64,000 nt of DNA from Alphaproteobacteria bacterium (GTDB taxonomy: Bacteria; Pseudomonadota; Alphaproteobacteria; Rhizobiales; Xanthobacteraceae). The DNA lies in NCBI GenBank assembly GCA_021325315.1, contig JAJPHK010000054.1, forward strand, positions 25,737 to 89,736, given 5' to 3'. The notes below the pieces were generated by a model. That model was not told the origin of the DNA, ran no database searches, and was given only the letters and a program-made list of their open reading frames with translations. Below are positions 16,151-25,887 of this stretch, one piece after another (the stretch's first letter is position 1; every line of letters begins with the position of its first letter). A program made the position numbers and the translations under genes.

Positions 16151-16225
16151 GTGCCCCCTAGCGCAGTTGGTTGGACAAGTGACTAAAAATCATGGTGCCG
16201 GTGGTTCGATTCCGCCCCGGCACCA
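16151..16225 (+). pseudogene. Degenerate tRNA-Phe-like sequence (anticodon loop CTAAAAA)
   Basis: It has an intact T-arm (GGTGG TTCGATT CCGCC), and its 3' half closely resembles alphaproteobacterial tRNA-Phe. Only 5 of 7 acceptor pairs form, the D-stem is broken (GCGC vs GGAC), and the anticodon would be AAA instead of GAA. Confidence 0.5.
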
Positions 16226-16297
16226 TTTCCATCTCGGAAAATTCTCTGCCGTGAATTTCGCGTGGATCCGCCAATCTGGGGCAATTCGCGTTAAATC

Positions 16298-17458
16298 ATG
16301 GCGATGGCTTGGAAAACGAGAAACGATAGAGTTCGCGTGGTTTTGTGCGGCGACGTGATGATCGGCCGCGGCATCGACCAGGTGCTTCCAGACCCATGCG
16401 ACCCGGAACTCCGCGAACCGTACGTCTCGTCAGCGCTCGACTATGTCCGCCTCGCGGAGCGTATGAACGGCGCAATCCCGCGCCCAGTTTCCAGTGCTTA
16501 CCTTTGGGGCGCCTTCCTCGACGAATTAAGGCGCGCGAAGCCCGACGCCAGCCTTATCAACCTCGAAACGAGCATCACCAGATCCGGCGATTTTGCGGAT
16601 AAGGGCATCAATTATCGGGTAAGCCCGGAAAATGCGGGCTGTCTCGCCGACGTGCCGATCGATTGCTGCGTGCTGGCCAACAATCATGTTCTGGATTTCG
16701 GGCCGGACGGACTGCGCGATACGTTATCCGCCTTGGACCGACTGAAGATTAAACGTTCCGGCGCGGGAAAGAACGCAGTCGAGGCAGCAGCTCCAGCGAT
16801 TTTGGAGATCGGCGACCGGGCACGCTTATTGATCTGGTCGTTCGCGTTCGCGACAAGCGGCGTGCCGCCGCTCTGGGCTGCCACGCAGCAATGCGCAGGC
16901 GTCAATTTCCTTCATGACATGTCCGACGATACGATCCTCATGATCGCCCGTCAGATCGCGAGCATGCGCTTGCCGCGCGATATCGCGGTTGTCTCTCTCC
17001 ATTGGGGACCGAACTGGGGCTACGCAATACCGCATGAATACACGCGCTTTGCGCGCGCCTTGTTGGATCAGGCGAATGCATCGATCATATTCGGCCATTC
17101 CTCTCATCACCCGAAGGCAATCGAACTCTACCATGAACGTCTTGTGCTGTATGGTTGCGGCGATTTTCTTAACGATTACGAGGGTATTCAAGGCTACGCG
17201 CAATATCGCAGCGATATCGTCGCGATGTATGTTGTCGATGTGCACGCATCGACAAAGAATGTGATCGCGGCCGAGGCCGTGCCTTTCCGGATTCAAAAAT
17301 TTCAGCTGGCTGCGGCTTCCGAATATGAACGAGAGTGGCTTTGCAGAACGCTCGATCGCGAAAGCCGTACCTTTTCAACAGCAATTGAAAACGCCGGGAA
17401 CGGACGGCTAATCGTTCGCGACAGCCTTGGCCGTGGCTCACCGCCTGAACGTGCTTAG
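16298..17458 (+). CDS. CapA/PGA_cap family metallophosphoesterase-like protein
   Basis: The N-terminal VVLCGDVMIGRGID motif and the ANNH motif are typical of the CapA family. Confidence 0.75.
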   Translation: MAMAWKTRNDRVRVVLCGDVMIGRGIDQVLPDPCDPELREPYVSSALDYVRLAERMNGAIPRPVSSAYLWGAFLDELRRAKPDASLINLETSITRSGDFADKGINYRVSPENAGCLADVPIDCCVLANNHVLDFGPDGLRDTLSALDRLKIKRSGAGKNAVEAAAPAILEIGDRARLLIWSFAFATSGVPPLWAATQQCAGVNFLHDMSDDTILMIARQIASMRLPRDIAVVSLHWGPNWGYAIPHEYTRFARALLDQANASIIFGHSSHHPKAIELYHERLVLYGCGDFLNDYEGIQGYAQYRSDIVAMYVVDVHASTKNVIAAEAVPFRIQKFQLAAASEYEREWLCRTLDRESRTFSTAIENAGNGRLIVRDSLGRGSPPERA

Positions 17459-17468
17459 TGTTGTTTGA

Positions 17469-17777
17469 CTACTTCGAAGACCCGCCGTGTTTGGTGACGC
17501 CTCGTTTGGAGGGTGATTGATCGGGCGAAGCCGGAGGTTCGCTCGGTGCTGCGATAACGTAGGCCCTGTCAAGGCAGCGCTCGGTCGAGCCGCGCGGTTT
17601 CGCACGCTCGCATTGGGCGAGCGTCTGGTAGGCGCAGCGCGCCTGGTTCTCGCCCCTGATTTCCAGGCAGAATCGGTTCTGCTGCGGCTGTTTTTGTCGG
17701 GTCTGTGCGAAGGCAGTGGAGGACAAGACCGTCAGAATAACGCCGGCCACTGCCGATGACGCAATGAGAATTCGCAT
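17469..17777 (-). CDS. Small secreted Cys-containing protein (DUF3551-like)
   Basis: Signal peptide ending AFAQ, with the pattern FCLE...CAYQTLAQC...C. Confidence 0.6.
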   Translation of the reverse strand: MRILIASSAVAGVILTVLSSTAFAQTRQKQPQQNRFCLEIRGENQARCAYQTLAQCERAKPRGSTERCLDRAYVIAAPSEPPASPDQSPSKRGVTKHGGSSK

Positions 17778-17892
17778 GGGATTGGCCTCGCTCTGAGAGT
17801 CTCCTCTGCCAGGAACGAATCTTGGCCGAGATCGTTCCGCCTTGCTAAGCTGTTCGCGTGTCCCTCAATCCGAGCCGACAGCGAGCCAAGCG

Positions 17893-18276
17893 ATGAGCCA
17901 AGTGACCATCTATCACAATCCCGATTGCGGCACGTCGCGCAACGCGCTCGCCATGATCCGGCAAAGCGGGGAAGAGCCCGAGATCATCGAATACTTGAAA
18001 AACCCGCCGACACGCGAGCGCCTGGCCGAACTCATCTCGGCAATGAAAATTACGCCTCGGCAGCTATTGCGGGAAAAAGGAACACCTTATGCGGAACTCG
18101 ATCTCGGCAATCCGAAGTGGACCGATGACGAGTTGATCGATTTCATGCTGGCGCACCCGATTTTAATCAATCGCCCTATCGTGGTGACGCCAAAGGGCGT
18201 GCGAGTGTGTCGTCCGTCCGAGGTCGTCCTGGAAATTTTGCCGAATCCGAATATCGGAAAGTTTGTCAAATCGTAG
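17893..18276 (+). CDS. arsC: Arsenate reductase, glutaredoxin-dependent ArsC family
   Basis: MSQVTIYHNPDCGTSRN...HPILINRPIVVTP...CRPSEVVLEIL closely parallels R773/E. coli ArsC. The start was set at ATG 17893. Confidence 0.88.
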   Translation: MSQVTIYHNPDCGTSRNALAMIRQSGEEPEIIEYLKNPPTRERLAELISAMKITPRQLLREKGTPYAELDLGNPKWTDDELIDFMLAHPILINRPIVVTPKGVRVCRPSEVVLEILPNPNIGKFVKS

Positions 18277-18340
18277 TTGCCTGATTGCGCCGCGCGACAC
18301 GCCGCAATCAGCGCCCATCCTGCCCCGAATCCTTTGGGCG

Positions 18341-19111
18341 TCAAACTGCAATATATTGCGGAAATTTTTTCCGGATTTTGTCGGTGTTCGCGATGGTGTC
18401 GGCAAGATGTTTGCGCATAGAATCACGCGCCTTGTCGAGGTTGCCGGCGGCGACCGCGTCGATGATCGCGCGATGCTGCGCCATGATAGAATCGGCTTTT
18501 CCGGGCGAGGGCAGATGAAGACGCCGCAACCGATCGAGATGCCCGCTCTGTCCCCGGATGAGCGACCACAGTTCGGGGACATTCGCTACTTCGAACAGCG
18601 TGCGATGAAATGCCTGATCCGCCTCGGTAAAGGCGCGCCTGTCGCGGAGCTGGTGCATTGCTCGTTGCCGCGCCAAGAGATCGCGGAGCCGCGCGATCAA
18701 TTCCTTAGTTGGGGCCTTGGCGACAATACCGACGACTTCCAGCTCGATTGCGCGGCGAAGAAAGTGGGCTTCATGCACCTTGCGAAGATCGATACGACTC
18801 ACCACCGTTCCGTGTTGCGGAAAGATATCGACCAGTCCCTCTTCCGCGAGCCGCATGAACGCATCTCGTAGAGGAGTGGAACTGACACGGAAACGCGTCG
18901 CCAATTCGGTCCGCGACAGCGAGGCTCCAGGCGGCAGACTGAGATCGATGATTGCTTCCCGCAGGACTTCGAAAATCTGCACAGAGGCCTGACGGCCCCG
19001 TTCCAACTTCAGTTGCTCGAAAGCGCCCAGCGTTTCTTGAACGAGATGCGTGGCTTTGCGCGCGCTCGGCACCGCCGCCACTCTGCGCGTCTCAATTGCC
19101 CGGTAGGTCAT
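18341..19111 (-). CDS. GntR-family transcriptional regulator (FadR/FCD subfamily)
   Basis: N-terminal winged HTH (LSRTELATRFRVSSTPLRDAFMRLAEEGLV) and a C-terminal helical FCD-like domain. Confidence 0.85.
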   Translation of the reverse strand: MTYRAIETRRVAAVPSARKATHLVQETLGAFEQLKLERGRQASVQIFEVLREAIIDLSLPPGASLSRTELATRFRVSSTPLRDAFMRLAEEGLVDIFPQHGTVVSRIDLRKVHEAHFLRRAIELEVVGIVAKAPTKELIARLRDLLARQRAMHQLRDRRAFTEADQAFHRTLFEVANVPELWSLIRGQSGHLDRLRRLHLPSPGKADSIMAQHRAIIDAVAAGNLDKARDSMRKHLADTIANTDKIRKKFPQYIAV

Positions 19112-20099
19112 GCAGGATCGGCAAATAGTAATCCTTCCACGATGCCGGCATCGTTTTCAGCGTGCCAACCTTATGGAGATGAGCGGCGAATTTCATGGTG
19201 CCTTGCGGGTATAGATTCCACTCGCTCATGCCCGGCCGGCTTAAGAGGGCAATCAGGACATCCGCCGGGGTCTTGTCGTTGTTGACGGCCCGGTAGGCCT
19301 CTACGCCTGCCGCGATATCCCTTTCGATAATCTGTTTTGCTTCCTCAGCGGCAGCACGAAGGGCCTGTATGATCTTGGGATTCGCATCCGCGAATTTCGT
19401 CGTCGTGATAAATTGGCCTTGCGTGAGCGGCCCGCCGATAATGTCCGCCGAGTTTGTTACCACATGCGTTTCGGGGATCTGCGTCAGTTCGTAATAGTCG
19501 TACGGCGGCGCCGCGAAGTGGTTTTTGATCTCGTGCGAATCGTTCTTCATCGCAATAAATGCGTCGGGATGTCCCAACTGCACGGTGAGCGGATCGAATT
19601 TTGCCCATTGGTCTGGACCGAACAGCTTGCTCGCCGCCATCTGCAGAAGGATCGCCTGCGTCGAAACCTTCACGGTTGGCACAGCGATCCTGTCGTCCTC
19701 TTTGTAGTCCGTGAGAGACTTGATGCGTGCCTCGCGGCTGATGAGCTGCAGCGGCAGCGCTGAGCTTGCGACGACACCTTTGACGCCGCCGCGTGTGCGA
19801 TCCCACAACAGAAGCAGATTTCCCGTTCCGGTATTAATGATGTCCACATTGCCGGAGATCAGTGCGTCCTGCTGCGGTCCGCCGCCGGAGAAAGCCACCC
19901 ATTTCACCGTTGTCCCGGCAAGACCGAGGCTGGCTGCATGCTTCTCAAGCAAGTTGTGTTTCTCGATGATGTGCAGCGGCATATACAGGATGCCAGGCTG
20001 GCGGCTCATCGTAATTTCGGTTTTCGGCTGCGCCCGCGCTGGCGTCCGGGCAAGCGCGAGCGCGCCTATGCCGACGACAACGGTTCTTCGGTTGAGCAT
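19092..20099 (-). CDS. Periplasmic substrate-binding protein, NMT1/THI5-like (nitrate/sulfonate/bicarbonate ABC family)
   Basis: Tat/Sec-like leader (MLNRRTVVVGIGALALARTPARAQ) and an SBP-like body. The start was set at ATG 20099. Its 3' end overlaps the gntR-like start by 20 nt. Confidence 0.7.
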   Translation of the reverse strand: MLNRRTVVVGIGALALARTPARAQPKTEITMSRQPGILYMPLHIIEKHNLLEKHAASLGLAGTTVKWVAFSGGGPQQDALISGNVDIINTGTGNLLLLWDRTRGGVKGVVASSALPLQLISREARIKSLTDYKEDDRIAVPTVKVSTQAILLQMAASKLFGPDQWAKFDPLTVQLGHPDAFIAMKNDSHEIKNHFAAPPYDYYELTQIPETHVVTNSADIIGGPLTQGQFITTTKFADANPKIIQALRAAAEEAKQIIERDIAAGVEAYRAVNNDKTPADVLIALLSRPGMSEWNLYPQGTMKFAAHLHKVGTLKTMPASWKDYYLPILHDLPGN

Positions 20100-20249
20100 T
20101 GAGTTCCTCCCTTGATCCCTGCCGAATTCGAGGGACGGCCACCCGTCTTGTTTTTGCGATTGGGCTTTCTTTTGAACCATTAATGCATTAGTACGTCAAC
20201 TGAGGAAAATTACCCGCAGGGCTGCACACGCGACAGTGAGGGCCGATTG

Positions 20250-20960
20250 ATGACTCCGGAAACACGGCTGAAATTGAAAGAGGTCAGCGTAGCGACAGTC
20301 TCGACGGCGCTGTTCAAACGCGGCTTACGCACACAATTCATTCAGGACGTATCGCGTCTCAACCCGAACCAGCCAAAGCTCTTGGGTGAGGCCTATACGC
20401 TTCGTTACATCCCGGCTCGCGAGGATCTCAATCCCATTTCCGTCTTCGCCGACCGCAATCATCCTCAGCGCAAGGCCGTCGAAGAATGCCCGCCCGGCGC
20501 GGTCCTCGTCGTGGATAGCCGCAAGAATCCCCGGGCGGCATCGGCCGGTGCTATTCTCGTTTCGAGGCTGCAGCAGCGCGGTGTGGCCGGTATTGTGACT
20601 GATGGGGGATTTCGAGACTCCGACGAGATCGCTGCCTTGAATTTTCCCGCCTATCACCAGCGTCCCAGCGCACCGACGAATCTGACGCTTCATCAGGCAG
20701 TCGAGATCAACGCCCCAATCGGATGCGGAGATGCTCCGGTTTTCCCCGGCGACGTAATCCTGGGGGATGGCGACGGAGTAATTGTCATTCCGGCTGCTAT
20801 TGCGGACGAGATCGCTGGCGAAGCCTACGAAATGACCGCCTTCGAGGATTTTGTCGCCGAGCAGGTAAAAGCGGGAAGTTCAATTTTTGGCTTGTACCCG
20901 TCGACCAGCGAGCAAACGGCCGAACGATTCAAGGCATGGCGAAGCACCAACAAGCGCTGA
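20250..20960 (+). CDS. RraA-family protein (RNase E regulator-like / 4-hydroxy-4-methyl-2-oxoglutarate aldolase-like)
   Basis: Family-typical GAILVSRLQQRGVAGIVTDGGFRD and GDVILGDGDGVIVIP segments. Confidence 0.75.
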   Translation: MTPETRLKLKEVSVATVSTALFKRGLRTQFIQDVSRLNPNQPKLLGEAYTLRYIPAREDLNPISVFADRNHPQRKAVEECPPGAVLVVDSRKNPRAASAGAILVSRLQQRGVAGIVTDGGFRDSDEIAALNFPAYHQRPSAPTNLTLHQAVEINAPIGCGDAPVFPGDVILGDGDGVIVIPAAIADEIAGEAYEMTAFEDFVAEQVKAGSSIFGLYPSTSEQTAERFKAWRSTNKR

Positions 20961-20965
20961 CAATT

Positions 20966-21856
20966 TTAGCCAGAGCGGTACGCAATGTTACGCCACGCAA
21001 CGACGCGCTTTAAATATTCGCCGTAGCTCGACTTGGAGTATTTCTCGATCTGTTTCTTGATCCGCGCCTCGTCGATCCAGCCGGAATTCAGCGCGATTTC
21101 CTCGGGACAGGCGATCCGCAAACCTTGCCGCTCCTCGAGAATTTGCATGAATTGACTCGCTTCCACGAGCGCGTCGTGCGTGCCGGTATCTAACCACGCG
21201 AAACCGCGGCCGAGAAGCTCGATATGCAATTCTCCGAGCTCGAGATAGGCGCGGTTCACATCGGTGATCTCGATCTCATTACGCTGCGATGGCTTGATTT
21301 TGGCGGCGATATCGAGGACGCGGTTGTCGTAGAAGTAAATCCCCGTCACTGCATAGCGCGATTTCGGCTTTTCGGGTTTTTCCTCGATCGAAACCGGTTT
21401 TCCCGCCGCGTCGATCTCGACGATTCCGTATCGTTGCGGATCGTTCACCGCATAGCCAAAAATCGTCGCGCCCCGCTCGCGCGCGGCGGCGGCGAGCAGA
21501 AGCTCGGTAAGGCCGTGGCCGTAGAAAATATTGTCGCCCAGGACGAGCGCGACCGGGTCGCCGCCGACAAATTCGCGCCCGACGATGAATGCGTCGGCAA
21601 GGCCGCGCGGCTTTTCCTGCACCGCGTAGGTGAAGCGCACGCCGAAATCCGAACCATCGCCCAACAGGCGGCGGAACTGGCTTTGATCTTCCGGCGTCGT
21701 GATCAAGAGGATATCGCGAATGCCCGCGAGCATCAGCGCACTCAGCGGGTAATAGATCATCGGCTTGTCGAAAACAGGCAGTAGCTGTTTCGACACCGCG
21801 AGCGTAATCGGATGCAGCCGGGAACCGACGCCGCCCGCGAGAATGATGCCCTTCAT
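20966..21856 (-). CDS. rfbA: Glucose-1-phosphate thymidylyltransferase
   Basis: [18 protein letters not shown]... canonical N-terminus. The start was set at ATG 21856. Confidence 0.93.
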   Translation of the reverse strand: MKGIILAGGVGSRLHPITLAVSKQLLPVFDKPMIYYPLSALMLAGIRDILLITTPEDQSQFRRLLGDGSDFGVRFTYAVQEKPRGLADAFIVGREFVGGDPVALVLGDNIFYGHGLTELLLAAAARERGATIFGYAVNDPQRYGIVEIDAAGKPVSIEEKPEKPKSRYAVTGIYFYDNRVLDIAAKIKPSQRNEIEITDVNRAYLELGELHIELLGRGFAWLDTGTHDALVEASQFMQILEERQGLRIACPEEIALNSGWIDEARIKKQIEKYSKSSYGEYLKRVVAWRNIAYRSG

Positions 21857-22755
21857 GACGCCGCCTTCGATGGCCCTGCCGCGAACAGAGCGTCGACGGT
21901 TTCGGCCGTGCGTTCGCGCCAAGGCTTTGCGGTATAGCCGAATGTCCGGATGAAAAGCGCACTGCTCAGCTCCGAATTCATCGGGCGCTTGGCCGGCGTC
22001 GGATATCCGGCTGTCGAAATCGGAGTGACTTTCGGCGAGCGGTTCGTGAAGGCGCTTTGACGTTTCACGATCTCGTTCGCGAATTCGTACCAGCTCGCGC
22101 GGCCAGCGCCCGCGAAGTGGTAGATGCCGGCGACAGGTTCTTGCGCGGACAATTTTTCGCCCACGACCAGAAGCGCTTCCGCGATATCGGCTGCCGCTGT
22201 CGGACAGCCGTGTTGGTCGCTGACGACCCGCAATTCGTCGCGCTCTTGCGTAAGGCGCAAAATCGTTTTCAAAAAATTATTCCCGTAAAAACCGTATACC
22301 CACGAGGTCCTGAGAATAACATAATCTTTCAGCGCCGCCTGAATCCGTTTTTCTCCCGCGAGCTTGGAGCGCCCATAAGCGTTGACCGGCGCGGGCGCGT
22401 CGGATTCCGTATAGGCGCCTTTTTTGTTGCCATCAAAGACATAGTCGGTGGAAAGATGAATGAGCGGCACGTTCATGGACGCGCAAACTGTTGCGATGAT
22501 TTCCGCGCCGTCGATGTTAATGGTATTTGCAAGCTCCGTTTCGTGCTCGGCACGATCGACCGCCGTATAGGCGGCGCAATTGATCGCAAGCGCGGGCTTG
22601 AATTTCTCGAAAGCCTTATTCACGGAGACCGCATTGGTAATATCGGCTTCCGCGTGCGTAAGCCCGCGGATATCGAGTCCGCGAATTTCCGCAAGTGAAA
22701 CGAGTTCGCGGCCGATCTGGCCGCCGGCGCCAAATACGATCGTGGAGGCGTTCAT
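21853..22755 (-). CDS. rfbD: dTDP-4-dehydrorhamnose reductase
   Basis: Rossmann N-terminus ([12 protein letters not shown]) and the STDYVFDG motif. It has 4-nt overlaps with both rfbB and rfbA. Confidence 0.9.
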   Translation of the reverse strand: MNASTIVFGAGGQIGRELVSLAEIRGLDIRGLTHAEADITNAVSVNKAFEKFKPALAINCAAYTAVDRAEHETELANTINIDGAEIIATVCASMNVPLIHLSTDYVFDGNKKGAYTESDAPAPVNAYGRSKLAGEKRIQAALKDYVILRTSWVYGFYGNNFLKTILRLTQERDELRVVSDQHGCPTAAADIAEALLVVGEKLSAQEPVAGIYHFAGAGRASWYEFANEIVKRQSAFTNRSPKVTPISTAGYPTPAKRPMNSELSSALFIRTFGYTAKPWRERTAETVDALFAAGPSKAAS

Positions 22756-23816
22756 TTCCGTATCCCCAGCCGCTCACCGCCGTAGACGCGTGTGCGCAAC
22801 GGCTGCCACCAGTCGCGATGTTCGAGATACCAGCGCACGGTTTTGCGAAGGCCCGTCTCGAAGCTTTCCCGCGGCGCCCATCCAAGTTCGCGGCGGACCT
22901 TGCTCGCATCGATCGCATAGCGGAGATCGTGGCCTGGCCGGTCGGCGACGAATTCGATCAGCGTCTCGCGCCTGCCGATCTTCTCATCGGGGATGAATTC
23001 GTCGAGCAGTGCACAGATCATGCGCACGACGTCGATATTTTTTCGTTCGTTCGACGCCCCCACGTTGTAGCTTTCGCCGAGTGTGCCGCGTTCGGCGATC
23101 AAGAGAAGCGCGCGTGCGTGATCCTCGACATAGAGCCAGTCGCGCACATTCTCGCCGCGGCCGTAAACGGGGAGGCGCTTTCCTTCGAGCCCGTTCAGAA
23201 TGAGGAGAGGGATGAGCTTTTCGGGAAACTGATACGGCCCGTAATTGTTGCTCGTGTTCGAAAGCACGACAGGCAAGCCGTAGGTGTGATGAAAGGCGCG
23301 CACGAAATGATCAGCTGCCGCCTTCGATGCCGCATAGGGTGAATTGGGGTGATAGGGAGATTCCTCGCTGAAAACTCCATCCGCGCCCAGGCTGCCGTAC
23401 ACTTCGTCGGTAGAAACATGATGAAAGCGAAAACGCATGCGCGTTTCGTTTTTCAGCTTGCGCCAGTAGTCGAGCGCCGCTTCGAGAAGCGTGCAGGTTC
23501 CGATCACATTGGTATCGGCGAACGCGGCCGGCCCGTCGATCGAGCGATCGACATGGGTTTCGGCCGCGAGATGCATTACGAGATCGGGCTGGAAGCGCTC
23601 GAACAGCGCGCGCACTGCGGCCGCGTCCCGGATGTCGCATTTTTCGAATTCGTAGCGCTCGTGCCTGGCCACCGGCACGAGCGAGTCGAGGGAGCCCGCG
23701 TAACTCAGATTGTCGGCGACGAGCACACGATGCGGGGTGTCGTTCACGATCATGCGCGCGACCGCCGAGCCGATAAAGCCGGCTCCGCCTGTCACAAGGA
23801 TACGCCTACCCAACAT
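22752..23816 (-). CDS. rfbB: dTDP-glucose 4,6-dehydratase
   Basis: [21 protein letters not shown] and [10 protein letters not shown] motifs. The start was set at ATG 23816. Confidence 0.93.
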   Translation of the reverse strand: MLGRRILVTGGAGFIGSAVARMIVNDTPHRVLVADNLSYAGSLDSLVPVARHERYEFEKCDIRDAAAVRALFERFQPDLVMHLAAETHVDRSIDGPAAFADTNVIGTCTLLEAALDYWRKLKNETRMRFRFHHVSTDEVYGSLGADGVFSEESPYHPNSPYAASKAAADHFVRAFHHTYGLPVVLSNTSNNYGPYQFPEKLIPLLILNGLEGKRLPVYGRGENVRDWLYVEDHARALLLIAERGTLGESYNVGASNERKNIDVVRMICALLDEFIPDEKIGRRETLIEFVADRPGHDLRYAIDASKVRRELGWAPRESFETGLRKTVRWYLEHRDWWQPLRTRVYGGERLGIRK

Positions 23817-23941
23817 GAAATGCCCCAAAAAACGCCGCAACATGCGAAAGCCCCGGCCGGAAATCAAGCGAGCGATTGGCGGGGCAATTCGCTTGCTTTA
23901 TAGACTTCGTGCGAAGCCGTTTACCAAGGGCTGCGAAGTTC

Positions 23942-24493
23942 ATGGAATTCCGCCGTCTTCACATCCCGGACGTCGTTCTGATCGTCCCGCCCCGTTTCGA
24001 GGACAAACGCGGCTGGTTCATGGAAAGCTATAACGCGGCGCGGCTCGCGGAACGCGGCATTAAGAACGAATTCTTGCAGGACAATCAGGCCTTCTCGTGC
24101 AATGCCGGAACGGTGCGCGGCTTGCATTTTCAGCGCCCGCCGGAGGCGCAAGCGAAACTCGTGCGCGTCTTGCACGGTGCGATTTACGACGTCGCCGTAG
24201 ATTTGCGAAAAAAATCCGCTACTTACGGAAAATTCGCCGCCGCGAAGCTCTCCGCCAAAGGCGGCGAGCAACTTTTTATCCCCACTGGCTTCGCGCATGG
24301 CTATTGCACGCTCGAGAACGAAACCGAAGTTCTCTACAAAGTAGACGCGAGATACGCTCCGGAAGCCGAGGCGGGTCTTCTCTGGAACGACCCGGACCTC
24401 GGAATCCCGTGGCCGGTCGATTCATCCGCCGCGTATCTTTCCGAAAAAGACCTGAAACTTCCCCGCTTGCGGGACTTGCAAAACCCATTCTGA
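23942..24493 (+). CDS. rfbC: dTDP-4-dehydrorhamnose 3,5-epimerase
   Basis: FEDKRGWFMESYN, RGLHFQ and the cupin fold. The start was set at ATG 23942. Confidence 0.92.
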   Translation: MEFRRLHIPDVVLIVPPRFEDKRGWFMESYNAARLAERGIKNEFLQDNQAFSCNAGTVRGLHFQRPPEAQAKLVRVLHGAIYDVAVDLRKKSATYGKFAAAKLSAKGGEQLFIPTGFAHGYCTLENETEVLYKVDARYAPEAEAGLLWNDPDLGIPWPVDSSAAYLSEKDLKLPRLRDLQNPF

Positions 24494-24498
24494 GCAAG

Positions 24499-25581
24499 AT
24501 GACGCCGTTGAAAGCGACATTCGTCTGGATTGAGCGGGGTATCGCTGAGCTTCCGCCCGGCTATTTCGCGCTGGTGATGGCGACCGGCATTATTTCCAAC
24601 GCGATGTTCTTTGCCGGGCACCGCTTCGTTTCCGACGTGCTGTTTGCGGTGGCGTTCGCGTCGCTCCTCTGGCTCGTGGCCGCGACGCTCGCGCGCCTGA
24701 TCCGTTTTCGACAGGCCTTGTGGGACGATCTTGTCAATCCGCGTCTCGTGTTTTCGTTCTTCACCATCGTCGCGGCGCTCGACGTTTTTGGCGGCGGCCT
24801 TTGCCTGCGCGGCTTGAACGCGGTCGCGCTGCCGATCTGGTTTCTTGCCTTCGCGTTCTGGTTCTTTCTGCTCTATTTCAGCTTCGGCGTGCTTACCTTT
24901 CTCAATAAAGCTGAGGAAGCGAACGTAATCCACGGCGGCTGGTTGATCGCGATCGTGGGCACGGAGTCCCTTGTGATTCTCGGCTCGCAGGTTGCGCCGC
25001 TTCTAGGCGCACATGCGCCCGCGATTTTCGTTCTCATTCACATGCTCTGGGGCGTCGGCCTCGGCCTCTACGCGATTTTCATCACGCTGTTCGCGCACCG
25101 CATCTTCTTTTTCGAGGTGAAGCCCGTAGATCTCTCGCCGCTCCTGTGGGTGGTGATGGGCGCGGCCGCGATCAGCACGAATGCGGGCTCGATCCTGATC
25201 CTCACCGACAGCGGACTTCCCTTTCTGCGTTCGATCCGCCCGTTCATCGACGGCGTGACAATGCTCATGTGGGCTTGGGCGGCGTGGCTCATTCCGCTTC
25301 TTCTCATGTTCGACATCTGGAAGCATCGCGTTCGACGCGAGCCGCTCGCCTACACGCCGCTCTTCTGGAGTCTTGTCTTCCCGCTCGGGATGTTCGCGCT
25401 CGCAAGCGCGCGCCTTTCGCTCGCTTCCGACTTCACGCTCTTGCGCGATGTCTCCTACGTGATGGTTTGGATCTCGCTGATTGCCTGGATTGCGACCGCG
25501 TTCGGACTCGTCGCGGCGCTGTGGCGAAGTTTTCTCGCCTTCGAACGGGTTCCATCGCGAATCGTGCGCAAGCGAAAGTGA
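24499..25581 (+). CDS. Tellurite-resistance/dicarboxylate transporter (TDT, TehA/SLAC1-like) family membrane protein
   Basis: About 10 TM segments. The start was set at ATG 24499 (MTPLKATFVWIERG); the longer listed ORF (24097) overlaps rfbC in another frame. Confidence 0.7.
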   Translation: MTPLKATFVWIERGIAELPPGYFALVMATGIISNAMFFAGHRFVSDVLFAVAFASLLWLVAATLARLIRFRQALWDDLVNPRLVFSFFTIVAALDVFGGGLCLRGLNAVALPIWFLAFAFWFFLLYFSFGVLTFLNKAEEANVIHGGWLIAIVGTESLVILGSQVAPLLGAHAPAIFVLIHMLWGVGLGLYAIFITLFAHRIFFFEVKPVDLSPLLWVVMGAAAISTNAGSILILTDSGLPFLRSIRPFIDGVTMLMWAWAAWLIPLLLMFDIWKHRVRREPLAYTPLFWSLVFPLGMFALASARLSLASDFTLLRDVSYVMVWISLIAWIATAFGLVAALWRSFLAFERVPSRIVRKRK

Positions 25582-25887
25582 TTCGCGCTACGACTATTTG
25601 CCTAAGTAAAAAGGCATTCCGTCAAATTTTGACCGTAGGAATAAATATTCCGGTTGCGGAATGATATTTTGCGGGTTCCAAATCCAGGAAAACTTTTGTT
25701 CAAAAAACGCGCCTAATTTTTAGGATCTGCAAAAGCCGGACGATTTTTTGCCGCTTTCGTGCCGCGAAAGTTCCGTTTCGCGTGCGTGCGGAACTTAATC
25801 CTTTTTCCCATCGAGCGTCACTTTCGTGCCACTTCGTCGCCTCCTTGCATTTGCACAGAACGCGCACTGCAATCGAGAGGAGCAGAC

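Noticed and set aside
16151-16225. A functional tRNA-Phe with anticodon AAA
   Set aside because: The acceptor stem and D-stem pairing are defective, and an unmodified A34 Phe tRNA would be highly unusual in bacteria. I treated it as a pseudogene or tRNA-like remnant pending tRNAscan scoring.
18281-18311. A hairpin CTGATTGCG-N13-CGCAATCAG between arsC and gntR as a terminator
   Set aside because: It has only a 9-bp stem with a large 13-nt loop and no U-tract on either strand. It is too weak to call an intrinsic terminator.
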